From contig NC_068982.1 in the NCBI RefSeq assembly GCF_001194135.2, positions 144,390,139-144,454,138 on the forward strand: DNA of 64,000 nucleotides, in the 5' to 3' direction. Positions 1 to 13,245 of the stretch are shown here, one piece after another; the first letter of the stretch is position 1, and the number at the start of each line of letters is the position of its first letter. Below the pieces are notes generated by a model that worked only from the letters and a program-made list of their open reading frames with translations, did no database searches and was not told the origin of the DNA. The stretch comes from Octopus bimaculoides (taxonomy: Eukaryota). The position numbers and the translations under genes were made by a program.

Positions 1-30
<30 letters not shown>

Positions 31-31
<1 letters not shown>

Positions 32-239
32 TTCAAATTTATGCTACAAAGACAGCTTGGGGAGGTGAGGATGAGCTGATTACATCAACTCCAGTGTTCA
101 ACTGGTACTTATTTTATTGACACTGAAAGGATGAAAGGCAAAGTCAACCTCGGCGGAATTTGAACTCAGAATGTAGCGGAAGATGAAATACTACTAAGCA
201 TTTCGTCTGACATGCTACCAATTCTGCTAGCTCACCGCC

Positions 240-241
<2 letters not shown>
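31..241 (-). mobile_element. tRNA-derived SINE, family A (head AGGCGGTGAGCTGGCAGAA, core GTCGACTTTGCCTTTCATCC, AAT/TTA tail)
   Basis: Matches more than 15 other copies in the window; A-box and B-box (GAGTTCAAATT) like motifs; flanked by (TAA)n. Confidence 0.85.
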
Positions 242-288
<47 letters not shown>

Positions 289-1164
289 GTCACTGATGCA
301 TTTTATAGCTAATAAAGAAAATGTATAGCTTATGATATAGTTTTGACTAGCACGATAACTAATATTTTTAGGAACATACATAAACAGCATCTTCAAAGGT
401 ACTTTCTTTGATGTATAAAAACATTACAGTACATGATTATGAATGCAATGAAAATGCTGCTTGTATGGTCTAAAAGTCTATTGATTAAAAATTACATCCC
501 CAGTATAAATTTAATAATGAGCCTGCAGTAAATACATTTAAAACATAATCTTATGTGCTTTTGCTACCAATAACCATTCGACAAGTAAAGAAATGAAAAC
601 TTAAATTTCTGCAGTACCAGTTCTCTAGTACTAATTAAAATATCTTCACTAATGAGAGAGGAGAGGGGGGAGATGCAGGCACAAGCATGAGCAGCTTGTT
701 AATCAATTTGACAAAGACTGCTGGCATTGGAAGCTGCTAGGCCTAATGAATCTCCTTGACTGGCTTGTTTTCAGATTTTAAAAACACCTCTAGTGGGAGT
801 TTCTGCTAGTTAATTGCCTTAATAATCTCATTTGATCAAAGTTTTACAGTTCACTCTATTACATATGTGAGGTTTTGTTGTATGTGTATTTAATATGCAG
901 AATACTCCCCTGAGGTATTTTCCCTTAGCCATATTGTTAATGGACTTCCTAAGGGTTTAATTCTATTGTTTTACTTTGATTGACTCAATTTTTTGACATT
1001 TTTATTTCAACCAAAAATCAAAGAAAGATAAATTCATCGGCCAAACTCTCAATATGGGGAAACGGCCAGTGCTGACAATTGCAGTAGTTAGTTGCAGAGT
1101 ATCTGTTAGAGAGGATAACAACTAACAAGAAGTAACAAGAGTAGAAACAGTGCAGTTTATTTAT

Positions 1165-1395
1165 TTAACCCTTTTGTTACCATATTTCTGTTGAGATGCT
1201 CTGTGTTTCTTTCAATTAATTTTAAATATAACAAAGAATTTAGTAAAATAACTTAGTTATCATTAAGCTAGTGTTAGGAACATAAATTGTGACTAAGGTT
1301 TGATGGAAGATTTTAAATTCAGAACTTTTGAAAACAAGACATTTGTATTATAAAGCCAGAGGTGGTTTCAGGTGAGTTGGTATCAAAAGGGTTAA
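1165..1395. mobile_element. piggyBac-type MITE, family 1
   Basis: TTAA|CCCTTTTGTTACCA ... TGGTATCAAAAGGG|TTAA: terminal inverted repeats with TTAA duplication. Confidence 0.85.
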
Positions 1396-1470
1396 AGTGA
1401 AAAACAATGCAGACCCTGCTGAGCCATCTATTATGAATATGGTTATTTTTAATATTATCATTAATATTTC

Positions 1471-1882
1471 AGATGGAAAGCTGGCAAAATCATTAGCACA
1501 CTGGGCATATCTTCCAGGCTTATGTTCTAAGTTCAAATTCTGCTGAAGTTGACTTTGCTTTTCATACATCAGGGTCAATAATTAAGTACTATTTGAACAA
1601 TTGTAACCTGCTACCCTCAAAATTGCTGGCCTTGTGCCAGAATTTGAAACCATTACTGATATTTCTGAAAGGGGGTGGATTAGCAGAATTATTATAGCAT
1701 TGAAAAATTTGTTTTGCAATATTGGTTTTAGCTTTTTATCTTCCAAGTTCAAACCCATTAAAGTCAACTTTGTCTTCATCCCTCTGGAGTCAAGATAATA
1801 AAGCGCCAGTCTGGTTCTGGGGTCAAAGTAATGGACTAACACTCTTTCCTCAAAACTGTTGGCCTTGTTCTTAATTTAGAAA
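1471..1882 (+). mobile_element. Two tandem degenerate family A SINEs
   Basis: Similarity to the copies at 45875 and 62365. Confidence 0.7.
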
Positions 1883-2681
1883 CAATTTTATATATTTTTA
1901 ACTAAAGTATTCAGTGTTGTTGGAAATTAAAAATTAAAAATCTTGAATCCAAAGTTAAAAGTTTTGCACAGTGATGTATAGGGTTAATGTTTATCTCTAG
2001 ATTTTCTAGCATAAGAACAAACAAGATAGAAATTTTTCCACTTCACAAGACACTGCTTTAGCAATGACAAATCAGAACAGAGGATCAAATCAAAAACTGA
2101 AAACTAACAAAAACACTTGTAAATATTTGTGCAGTAGTAGACTCCAAATCCCCAGGGCACATGGATCATTGCAATTTAAAGGTTTTTGCTTAAGTCATAG
2201 TAACAGTGGAAAGATAGGAATCATAAATCTTTAAGATAATAAGCAAGCTCCATCATTTTAGACAGTTGCAACTCTCAAGAACAAGAGGCAAATTCAATTA
2301 CTGAAAGTTCTGCAAATTGTAAGAAGCTCATTGTTTTATGAGTTTTCTTTTCCTTCGTGTTTCTCTCTCTATCTTCTTGTTCCCTAATTCATTACAGTCT
2401 TTGTACCATTCTAATAACACTTAATAAATAGTTAATGCATCAAAGAATCTCTCACAACTACTGACTTCTCTACACATCAACTCTGAGAAATATTGTTTAC
2501 TTTTAAAACTCAGCACAACTGTTACATCCCAATTGTAGCGCTACATTTATATATTTCTAAAGGTGCTTTGAATGTCAAAACATCTTATCTGTTATAAACA
2601 ATCAACATACTAACCAAGCTTTATGCAACCAAATTTTTCTTTGTTAGAAAATCTGCCACAGGCTGTGTAGTTTGTTTTTAT

Positions 2682-2985
2682 CTTTTACTTGTTGCAGTCA
2701 TTGGACTGCAGCCATGCCAGATCACTGCTTCAAAGGGTGCAGTCAAATGAACCAATCTCAGTACTTACTTTTTTAAGTTTGATATATATTCTAACTGCTA
2801 AGTTATGGGGGCATAAACCAACCAACACCAGCAGTTAAGTATTAAGTAAGGAGAGGCAAATACAGAAAGAAACAAATGTATATATACACACATTAATACA
2901 CACACACACACACACACAAAAGGTTATAATAAAAGACACTTAGCAAGGTGTTGTACAGAGGGAATAAACCACTTTTTTTTTGGGG
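2682..2985 (-). mobile_element. Family B SINE (degenerate)
   Basis: 3' tail motif and internal (CA)n. Confidence 0.65.
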
Positions 2986-3464
2986 GGGGGGTAAAGATTT
3001 GGAAGCTGAAGTACTGGAAACCTCAGTTCAAACCTTATTAACCATTGTGTTATGACCCCTGAACACCAAACAAAGTATATAGCTGTTTGCCAGACCTATA
3101 ATAGGTTCCATAAGTTCCATTAATACTTCATGGTTAGTGGAAGAAAGATCATCCATATCTATTTGCAAAATGAAATTATTGTAAAATAACCCCTACCCTA
3201 CCTCGGTGCATACAAACACGAGTAAAGGTATCTAAAATGGTGTTGATAAAGAACATTTACTTTAAATCCATAGGCTCTTTCAGGAGCCACATTCTATGAG
3301 TTTATAAGGTCACATTTTACTTTCATTTTATCATTTTTTTAATGAATTATTTATTATTTTGTAGCCAAATATTGTATCTCAAACAAATGAACCTGAAAAT
3401 CAAAACACCGAGGGAAGTAATAAAAAAAATGTCAAGTTGAAAGTGAAAACAAACATATACCATA

Positions 3465-3516
<52 letters not shown>

Positions 3517-4439
3517 ATAAAAAATAAAAAAAAAATTTCAGTAGCTATAATTCATTTTTACACAAATTACCAAAATATTATTTAGGTTTCATTTTGTTTT
3601 CATTTTGTTTTTTTATCTCTATCTTAACTATTACTGATGGTTTTCTTAATGTGCTTTTCTTTATTAAAACCATCTTTATCATCATTATTATATCTTTTCA
3701 TTTGAAGCTGGATTTATATATCTGAATAATTAAATTAACGACTTTCAGTAAAAGTGTCCATAAAGTTGTATTGATGACAAACTTTTACACCATGTGAAAC
3801 GTAACAAGATTCATATCGACTATGTTGTTGTCGGAAGCATAATCAAATTTTTCTCTCATACATAACCAAATACGAATAGAATTAGAAAAGAAAGAGAGAA
3901 AGAAAAGAAACCGAGCCAAAAAATTCCAGTTCCTAACACCAGACAGTTGTTTTGAATAGTAGACTGAATGAACATTGGAAACAATAATAACTATACAGTA
4001 TTTGAGGAGAGGATTGAAAAATAATATAGAAACAAGAAGAGGCTAGTTTGTACAGGGAAATGATTCCAAACATAAATATCAATAAAATATCATAGTTACC
4101 CATACATGATATGTTAATAGTTCTATAATAACAACACTAAAATATCAAGAGTCAGATTTTAGAACAGCAGTAAAGATTGCTTTACTACTAATGTACATTG
4201 AAAAACCTTTTACTTCACTTCAATTGAAAATATCACACACACACACACACATACACTATATATAAATAAATACACGCACATATTCTGCTAGTACAGAAAA
4301 GTAGATTAAAAAAAAAATAATGACAAAGTAATAAACTCTGTATGTGTGTGTGTGTGTGTGTGTGCACATGCGTGCATGCATGGGTGTGTGTATGCATTTG
4401 TTTCTTGGTCTGTTTCCATTGGCAACAGCTTGGTTTCAA

Positions 4440-4670
4440 AGGTGACTGCCCACTAGATTTAACTTCAGTAGACCCAAATGTAGTTATGTGAGCCAACGTA
4501 GGACCTCTAAGTCCAGCCTGTGACTGGGCATTCGAGGGAAAAGTGGCTTGTGTAGTTTTGAAGTGTTGTGATCCATCATAGATGATCCATCTCCACTTGC
4601 AATGCTCATGTGTGTACTTCCTATGTGACTGTGTTATGAGAATGTGTTCAATGAGTGAGCCTGTGTCAGT
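4440..4670 (-). mobile_element. Probable decayed LINE apurinic-endonuclease C-terminal fragment
   Basis: Open frame TGSLIEHILIT...CKWRW...GSQH resembles the S.IDHIL...SDH endonuclease motifs. Confidence 0.5.
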
Positions 4671-4785
4671 TCAGCACACATGGGTTATATTAGCATACAT
4701 ATTGTGTTAGCATGCATGTATTGGTCAAGTATGCATGTGAGGTTACAGTGTTTTGTTGGGTTATAATGTGTGCATTGGGTTAAAG

Positions 4786-5011
4786 CAGTGGTCCTTAACT
4801 GGGGTCTGTGTAAAATTTTGCTGTTAAAATTTATCTGTAATAGACTGGTTATACTTCTACAATACACAAATATTTTAATTTTTTAATACAGTTACTAAGA
4901 ATACTTAATTTTTAAAATATGTGAATTTTTTAAATATTGAATGACTAAGATCCATCCAAGTAAAATAGAAACTGAAGGGGTCCACCTGTCAAAAATGGTT
5001 GAGAAACACTG
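4786..5011. mobile_element. hAT (Charlie-like) MITE
   Basis: CAGTGGTCCTTAAC ... GTTGAGAAACACTG termini; 8-bp flanks GGTTAAAG and GGTTAGAA. Confidence 0.75.
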
Positions 5012-5245
5012 GGTTAGAAGGCAGGGGTTAGGTTAGAGGAGTGTATATGTTAGTTCAATGCGTATGTGTTAGTTTAGTATGTGTGCAAGGTGAGTTTATA
5101 CATCATTAGAAAGAACTCATTAACAACGTTTTGTTTCACACTCACACTTTCATAATTTGTGGTGCCAGTTTCATAGTCTTTCAATCAATCATTTTCCCTC
5201 CAGGAGATATTTCATTCACTTATATTACAAAACTATAATACTTAC

Positions 5246-5283
5246 CAAGATCATGTGTAAGCATTTCATTATCACTGATTACC
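5246..5283 (-). CDS. Candidate 38-nt exon (VISDNEMLTHDL)
   Basis: T-tract then ATACATCAAG|GG acceptor, strong donor TTG|GTAAGT. One open frame (starts phase 2, ends phase 1), compatible with the 15078 donor in the LEDEW frame. Confidence 0.4.
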
Positions 5284-6141
5284 CTTGATGTATATTAAAA
5301 AAAAATTTATCTAAATGAATGAAGACATCCCCAGTGTGTGCATGTGTGTGTGTTAAAGCACATATAATGTTGACCTGACTGTAGTATATTTTTTGATATT
5401 GTTGTTGTTGTTAGGGTTGCAGAAGAGGTGACATTTGTGTGACAAGTAGTTCAGTTGTCACTCAAGTGCAATGCTTTCAACATCAACTGATTTATATAAG
5501 GCAACATTAAAACTGGATGGAATAGCAGTGTGTGAGCAGTCACACTAANNNNNNNNNNNNNNNNNNNNNNNNNNNNNNNNNNNNNNNNNNNNNNNNNNNN
5601 NNNNNNNNNNNNNNNNNNNNNNNNNNNNNNNNNNNNNNNNNNNNNNNNNNNNNNNNNNNNNNNNNNNNNNNNNNNNNNNNNNNNNNNNNNNNNNNNNNNN
5701 NNNNNNNNNNNNNNNNNNNNNNNNNNNNNNNNNNNNNNNNNNNNNNNNNNNNNNNNNCCTAGATAGAAACAAAATAAATTATCTTTACTGAAAAATGAAT
5801 GTTGTAGAAATCAAAAATAAATGTAAAAATGCAAATAATTATAACCCCAGCTCCAAGAAAATAGGAAAAAAAAAATTTTAAAGAAAATTCTTTTAAATCT
5901 TACTATTTTTTATAGTAAAACTAAATGAAGATTCTACCCTTAAGATATAGGTTTGTTTGTTTTTTTGCCATTAATTAGTTTGATTTCAAATAGATTGTCA
6001 TTTCATTTTAATGACCTAATTATTTTATTTATTACTTCTTTTTTTCTTAAAGGTTTCAATCAAATTTAATGTATGCAATAACTTTGCATGACATAGCAAG
6101 TCAGCTCAACAAGTAAGTGTCAAGCAAAGGCACTGAACCAA

Positions 6142-6395
6142 CCAAGTCTTGGCAAAAGCAAGTTGGCCAAATCAGTTCTTGGTATATGCAAGTTGGCCAA
6201 ATCAGCTCTTGGCAAAAACAAGTTGGCCAAGCCAGCTGCTATGAACAAATATATAGTCAGCTAAGCCAACTCCTAGCAATACCAAGTTGACCAAGCCAGT
6301 CCTTAGCATAGCCAAGTTGACCAGCCTACCCAGCTGCTGGCAATACTAGCTGGGCCAAGCTCCATGTAAACACTGGTCAAACCAGCTCCTAGCCA
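6142..6395 (+). repeat. Degenerate ~30-bp minisatellite (CAAGTTGGCCAAATCAGCTCTTGGCAAAAA), about 8 units
   Basis: Repeated CAAGTTG(G/A)CCAA at ~30-nt spacing. Confidence 0.8.
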
Positions 6396-6463
6396 TAATA
6401 TATGTTGGTTAGTTGTGAAGTTGAAATAGAATGCTAATTCTTGGAACCTATTGTTACATCCAG

Positions 6464-6683
6464 TCAACCCTTTAGCATTCAGAATATTCTGTCAAATACA
6501 ATGCTTATTTGTTCACATTATTTTGTACTCAGGCATTATCTTAAACTACAAGATTTCAATGAGGATTATTTATTTTTAGAATGACTTTATAGGATAAGTG
6601 TAAGACGCCAGATCTGGCCAGTTTGAATATAAAACAGAGAATAATTGGGCAGGATATGGCTGGTTTAAATGTTATAAGGTTAA
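6464..6683. mobile_element. piggyBac-type MITE, family 2
   Basis: CCCTTTAGCATT...AATGTTATAAGG|TTAA; interior shared with the copies at ~9436, 33251, 48388 and 58035. Confidence 0.8.
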
Positions 6684-6780
6684 GACAATCTAACGCATCT
6701 TATATACAGACACTGTGCAAGAAGAAAATTCACAAAAGTCTAAAAAGTTATTTGAAAAAAGAACTTTAAAATTATAAGTA

Positions 6781-6935
6781 CATGGTTAAGAAATTTGCTT
6801 CCCAAATACATGGCTTCAGCTCAAGTCCCACTGCATGGCACCTTGGGAAAGTGATTCCTACTAAAGCTCTGAATCAACCAAAACCTTGTGAATGGATTTG
6901 GAAGACAGAAACTGAAAGAAACCCATCATGCATAA
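6781..6935 (+). mobile_element. Family B SINE, 5' half
   Basis: Head and CORE-like motifs. Confidence 0.7.
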
Positions 6936-8080
6936 ATAAATATATGTGATCAGACTGACACCAAAGATACTTGTGTTGGTCTGCATCGGCAAAACTTGTA
7001 TTATTTAGTAAAATCAATGAAAAGAGTACAGTGAATTTGTAGTGGGGAATGGAAAACCAAACATTTCAGACAGTCCTTCTTGAAGGAAAGGTTGATTGGA
7101 GGGGAATTAATAAGAGGTGCCTCCTGGCCTAGACATCACATGACAGTTGTAATTCACGGTCATACAAGCGGTGTCATTCATTTCCAATCTTCTGTGACAG
7201 CTGATCTCAACCTGTCCAGTTTGGAAACCAGTGAGGGCTGGTGACAGGAAAGGCATTTGGCCATAAAAAAATCTACCATAATAAACTCTGACCCATGCAA
7301 GCATGGAAAAGTGGACATTAGAGTGACGATGGTGAAGATGATTATGATAAAGTTTACATAAAAATTGTAGCAAAAACAAATTCTCATATTGGCAGTGATT
7401 GAATGTTCAATTAAAACTACACTAATTAAACATGTAACCACAAGAGTGAGAGAGAAAAAATTAAAACCATGAAATATCTATAAATGAAATAAGGTAAGAC
7501 GTTCATATTAAAACTGACTGACCTATTAATTTCTTGAGTTTGTTAAATTTATGAACACTGTAATTAGTATTTTCATATTCCATTCATCTTCATCAGGTGC
7601 CATGTTTTACACACACACATACAAGATTCATTCTTGGTAACGAATGAACACTGAGATTTTTATTATAAATAATTACCCAATAATACTCAAGAGTTCTTTA
7701 GAACACAGCACTGAGTTTCTAACCCAATGAAAATGAAAGTAAGAAAGCAGGAAAAAAAAAAAAAGATCAGGGACAATTGTTGAGAGAATAAAGGTCTGGA
7801 CTACTGACAAAATGAGCAGGAGTTCAAACTTTACTAAAGTATGCATCTCATGCCCTGAATGATATGCATTACTTTGCTGGCTTTAGTTTACTGGACAGCC
7901 AACAGATTCCACTCCTACATCACACTTAAATGCTTAACAGTAGGATGGCCTGTAAAAATAATTGCCATCAGAAAAAAAGAACCAAAAAATACTTGATGAC
8001 ATTGGAAAGACTACATTGATTAAAATGCAGCATAAAACAATATCGCTAAAAACAAAATTGTCAGATTATCATTATTATTG

Positions 8081-8676
8081 AAGATGGCAAGCTGGCAGAC
8101 TTGTCAGCATGTCAGACAAAATGCTTAGCAACATTTCTGCTGGCTTTACAGCCTGAGTTCATATGCTGCCAAAGTTGACTTTGCTTTTCATTCATTCAGA
8201 GTTGATAAAATAAGTACCAGTTGAGCACTGGGGAAAGGGGGAGGGGACCCCAGACAAATATTTCAGACCTAGTGCCTACAATAAAAATAATCATTACTTG
8301 AAAGTGATGAGCTAGCAAAAGCATTAGAATAATACTTTGTGTTATTTGTTCTGGCTCTTTACAATCTGAGTTCAAATTTCACTGAGATCAACTTTGCCTT
8401 TCATCCCTCTAGGATCAATAAAATAAAGTACTGGGGTTGGTGATATCAACTAACCAACTCACCTCAAAATTGTTGATCTTTTACCTAAATTAGAAACCAA
8501 AGAGGGTGAGCTGACAGAATCATTAGAGCATTGGACAAAATGCTTTGCAGTCATTTCTTCCTACACTTTACATTTTGAATTCAGATCCCATCAAAGTCAA
8601 CTCTGCCTTCCATTCTCCACAGGATCAATAAATTAATTAAAGTATGAGTCAAGTACTGGGGTCAATGGTATTTACT

Positions 8677-8741
<65 letters not shown>

Positions 8742-8775
8742 AAACTGCTAGCCTTGTGCCTAAATCAGAAACCAT
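8081..8775 (+). mobile_element. Three tandem family A SINEs, the last with an internal (CT)n
   Basis: Repeated head, GAGTTCA B-box and core motifs at about 8081, 8301 and 8501. Confidence 0.75.
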
Positions 8776-9435
8776 CACTATTATCATTACTCAAGTAATA
8801 CATCTCAGATATACATATACAGGCAACACAATACTATAAAGAAGAAGTTTGATATTTTGTAATATAAGCATCAAGAGCAGGTCTATTATGAAGTTAGTTA
8901 TGAAGTGGAGACAAAATGGGGAACAGTAAACACTTGAGATTTTTTTCTCTTATCTGTGTTTCATATTCTACAAAAGTGAGAATAAACAACTCAAAGAACA
9001 CAATAATTTAAGTGACCTAACCACTCCAAACATCATTATCTTCCAACACTCAAGACAATTCTGAATGAAAAACAGCTTTTGGAAGTTATTATTACAGTGA
9101 TACCTAAAATAGCAAAACATACGCTATTGTTCTGAAAGCCACAGCTAGCCATGTACTTATTAGGATGTGGACTGCAGGCAATGCTCAACAGATCATGTCA
9201 TATTCTTCAACCAGTATTGTAGTTAGTATTTGGGTAACTTATTTCTTAACAGCCCAATTCAACTAGGTGAAAAGAGGGTATATCAAGCAACTGTGTTACT
9301 GGGAAGTGTTTTGTTGGTTTACAGTGCCAAGTAAAAATCTTTTGATAAGCAAGAATTGCTACAGGTAGGTATTGGGATGTATTTCACCTACTTACTATGC
9401 AGGGTGCATCTCACAACAGCGAAAGATCTTGTATC

Positions 9436-9613
9436 TATTTATGCTGTTTTAAATTAATCATGCATTATCTCATAACTTTGAGATTTCAATGATGTGATTA
9501 CCTACTTTTTGAATAACACTGTAAGGAAAGCGTGAGATACTGGCTCTGGATGGTTTTAACATAAAACAGAATATGTGAATCAGATATGGCTGGTTTGAAT
9601 GCTAAGGGGTTAA
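9436..9613. mobile_element. piggyBac-type MITE family 2, partial
   Basis: Interior match and AATGCTAAGGGG|TTAA end. Confidence 0.7.
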
Positions 9614-9763
9614 GGTTCATATATTTATTCCAACAGATTTGGCGGTGACAACAGTTGATGGATTTAATTCTACATATTGAACCTGGAAGAAAAAGCAGTG
9701 AGCCTTAACAGGGTTTGAACTGTAAGCTGTAATGTATAACACTAAATATTGTAGTGTCTAATG

Positions 9764-10033
9764 CAGTGGTTCCCAACCTGTGGTCTACAGACCCCTGGTG
9801 ATCTGCAAAGGTGGTATTGGGGGTCCATGAACTAAATTCAAAATTTCATACATACATACATATATATATACATATATATATATACACACACACTCACACA
9901 CATTTCACATGCAAATGCATATACATATACATATATACTTATGCACACACACACACTAAAGGATAAGCATATTAAAAGAGGTCTGTGGGAAAACTCATTT
10001 AAGTAAAAGGGGTCCTTGGTAGTGAAACTACTG
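9764..10033. mobile_element. hAT (Charlie-like) MITE with internal microsatellite
   Basis: CAGTGGTTCCCAAC start, ACTACTG end, 8-bp TSD GTCTAATG / GTCTAGTG. Confidence 0.75.
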
Positions 10034-10115
10034 GTCTAGTGTAATGCACTAACCTTTCAACTATAAGGACTGCCTTAGCAAAAATAAATAAAAAGGCAGC
10101 AAAGGCTTATCACAT

Positions 10116-10326
10116 TGGTTTCAAATTTTGGTACAATGCCAGCAGTTTCGGGGGTTGGGTAAGTTGATTACATTGACCTCCCAGTGTTCAACTAGTATTT
10201 ATTTTATCAACCCTGGTAGGATGAAGGGCAAAGTCAAACTCAGTGGAATTTGAACTCGGAATGTGAAGATGGACAAAATAAGCATTTTGCCCGGTGTGCT
10301 AATGATTCTACTAGCTCGTTGCCTTA
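10116..10326 (-). mobile_element. Family A SINE
   Basis: Full-length match to the other copies. Confidence 0.85.
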
Positions 10327-11740
10327 AGGGAATGGTATAGTCAAAAATCATAATCAACAACAGTACTAGTAGTGTTAGTAGCAGAAGCAGCTATCATAAA
10401 CATGTGTTAATTGCATCATCATAATTCACTACTAACACTAAACTAACTGTTTTTTCTTTCCTTTTGTTTAAAATAAAAAATTATTATTTTCTTAATTAGT
10501 AAGGAAGAATATTGTAAATATTTTACATCATTCAGATGCAGCCAAGTTTTGACTAGCATGTTCTTTCTTCAGATGGGAATGACCTAATGCCAATTGACTG
10601 CTAAAAGAGTTACTTGTTGCTAATTTAAAAATGCCAAGTGGAACGGAACATAATATTTATTTCCTGTTTTAGAAAAGGGAAGTTACAATTTGTAGATGGT
10701 CTTGGGGTCAGGGCAATCAATTGTTAATATAGTGTGTTTTTTTCACTCTTATAAGCTTTGAAATGACTCGTTTCACAGACAGAAAACATGGTGTAACATT
10801 GAGTGGAGAAGGGAGGCATCAGACAAAGCTTCTCTTCCCACTTCAGATTTTGGGCTTCTTCCAGCACAAAAATAATTTTATGCTGACAATGTTGTTGTAG
10901 TCATCATCATCATCATCATTAAAAAAATAAAAATAATAATAATAATTTGATTAAAAGTTAAGTTTTCAACATAGGAGAAACAATTCCTTCAATTCATATG
11001 TGGTTGGAGATGGAATAGAGTAGCTGAATCTCTGCTACCCAGATTCTGTCATGAACAACAATTTATTGCTGGTCTATTAGAGTCTGTGAATGTTAATCCA
11101 TTATCCAGCTTAATGTGGATGTCTTGTTAAAACAAATACAGCATTATTAGCCATGAGAGATCCACTCATATAGGTGCTTAGTGCATAAAACCACACACAG
11201 AGATTGTAGCAGGCAAAAACTGTCTGTCATGGGAGCTGGAATTCCCATATCATGTGATTTCATTCAACAGGAAATCATCAATGGGAAGCATCCGGTCACT
11301 GCATGCCAGTCAAATTTCACTGCTACAATATAGAGAATATCAACAATTTTAAAAATATTAATGCTGCAAAGTGTTATCAGATTTTTTAAAAATTAACTAT
11401 TAGTGATGGAAGCAGTATTAATAACAAAAGGTAATTTTAATATTCAACTTGACATAACTGAAGGAAACAGTGTACTGATAATTCACCTCTATTCTTTTAC
11501 TGATTTCAGACATTAGATGTAGCCATACTGAGTAATCCCCTGCAAGAATATGGTTAATTATACTGACCACAGGACTTTGATGGTATTTATTTTATCAACC
11601 AGAGGAGGGTGAGACTCACAGTCAGCCTGAGCTAAATGTGAATTCAGCAAGTGTAAGAGACATAACCAAATGCCACAAACACAATTAGTGAAAATCGAAA
11701 TGATGAGGTAAAGAAGTATCAGAAATGGTAAAGAACCAAA

Positions 11741-12010
11741 TGTGTAGCAAGAAATTTGCATCCCAATCACATGGTTCTGGGTTCAGTCCTACTGCATGGC
11801 ACCTTGGGCAAGTGTCTTCTACTATAGCCTTGGGCTGACCAAAGCCTTGTGAGTGGATTAGATAGAAGGAAACTGAAAGAAACCTGCTGTGTGTGTGTGT
11901 GTGTGTTTGTCACCCACCACCATTTGACTTCTGATATTGGTTTGTTTATGTACTGGTAACTGAGTGATTTGGCAGTCCAATGAGTGAAGCAAGTAAAAGA
12001 TAAAGGACAA
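11741..12010 (+). mobile_element. Family B SINE
   Basis: GGTTCAGTCC, GGCACCTTGGGCAAGTGTC and internal TG tract. Confidence 0.8.
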
Positions 12011-12114
12011 ATAAACCCTGCTAGAATTGACTTTGCCTTTCATTCTTCAATTCATTACTTGTATTATAATGAACAATTCAATTTCCTAGATATAGTCCCT
12101 TTACAAATTTGTTG

Positions 12115-12340
12115 ACGTTGTTGTCTAGCTCCAGGTGAGCATTGACTGAGCAGACCAGCCTGATGATCAAAGGTGTATAAAGGTGTTACTATTCTCACAC
12201 TTTTTTTTCCCAGATTATATATAAAACACTGCATTTCACTGAAGCTCTTTCTTTAAGATTTCTTTATGAGTCGGGTCTAACTAGAAAATTTGGCTGCTAC
12301 TTCTAGCAGTTTGAATGACTATGAAGAGGTTCCCTCACAG
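12115..12340 (+). repeat. Unclassified interspersed repeat, family D (GAGATTTGGCTGCTATTTCTAGC core). Other copies at ~13570-13770, 28470-28640, 33050-33240, 35770-35940, 40370-40570, 48310-48840, 53770-53930, 54050-54240, 57965-58380 and 61190-61280
   Basis: Recurrent TTGTTTAGC...GATCAAAGG...GATTTGGCTGCTATTTCTAGCAG motifs in both orientations. Confidence 0.7.
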
Positions 12341-13132
12341 ATTTATAAAATATGTAGTCTTGTGTCAATGTAAGAAATTAACATTATTTATTCAGGGACT
12401 GAACATGGATTCATTCAGAAGTGATTGTCATTGTGTATGTCTTTAAGAAAGGCATGAACATCACACAATCTTGCTTTACATTCCTGTTATCATACCTGAA
12501 TAACTACTATGAGCAGTAATAACTCCTTACACCGTCACTATCACTTAGCATCAGTAAGTGTAAGGTACTTAAAAATGACATTGGAGATTACATGAACGGG
12601 AGCGAGGAAGCTTGATATTACTCATTCAAAGGGATTTTACTGAGATACAGCAACACAGTCTCTTGAAATAGCAGCAATGGCAAAGAATCTTTCATTAGCA
12701 TCATTATTGAATTTTCCCTGCTGCTTCTACTACTACTACTATCACCACTACCTCCAGCTGTCACAAATTACTCTTTCTATCCCTAACCCCTACAGTTAAA
12801 TCTGCTAACAGTCAGGCCCTGGTGTTCTGAATGAGCCATAAATCTGCAAGGCTTGAAGCCAGAGGCAGTTTGTTGTATACTTAAGTTATCAATGTGTAAT
12901 ATCATGGTTACGCATTGTTATCAACAAGCTATGTCTCAAAACATGGTTATAAAAACACTATACAACATGTGAACAAGTGCATCAACACACAACACAAACA
13001 GTTTCACACTTTCTCTTCCTTTTCCTTTTTTTCTTCTTGTATTTAACCAATAGAAATATTTCAGACTATTTTTTTTAAACAGAAAAAGGAGGTGTGATGC
13101 ATAAAACACATCCAAACCAAAAGAAAAATTGC

Positions 13133-13134
13133 AC

Positions 13135-13215
<81 letters not shown>

Positions 13216-13245
13216 GTATGTGTGTGTGTGTGTATATATATATAT
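13133..13245. repeat. (GA)n-(TG)n-(TA)n compound microsatellite
   Basis: Direct inspection. Confidence 0.95.

Noticed and set aside
6142-6395. CRISPR-like repeat array
   Set aside because: Eukaryotic context, units are contiguous and degenerate without unique spacers, no cas genes.
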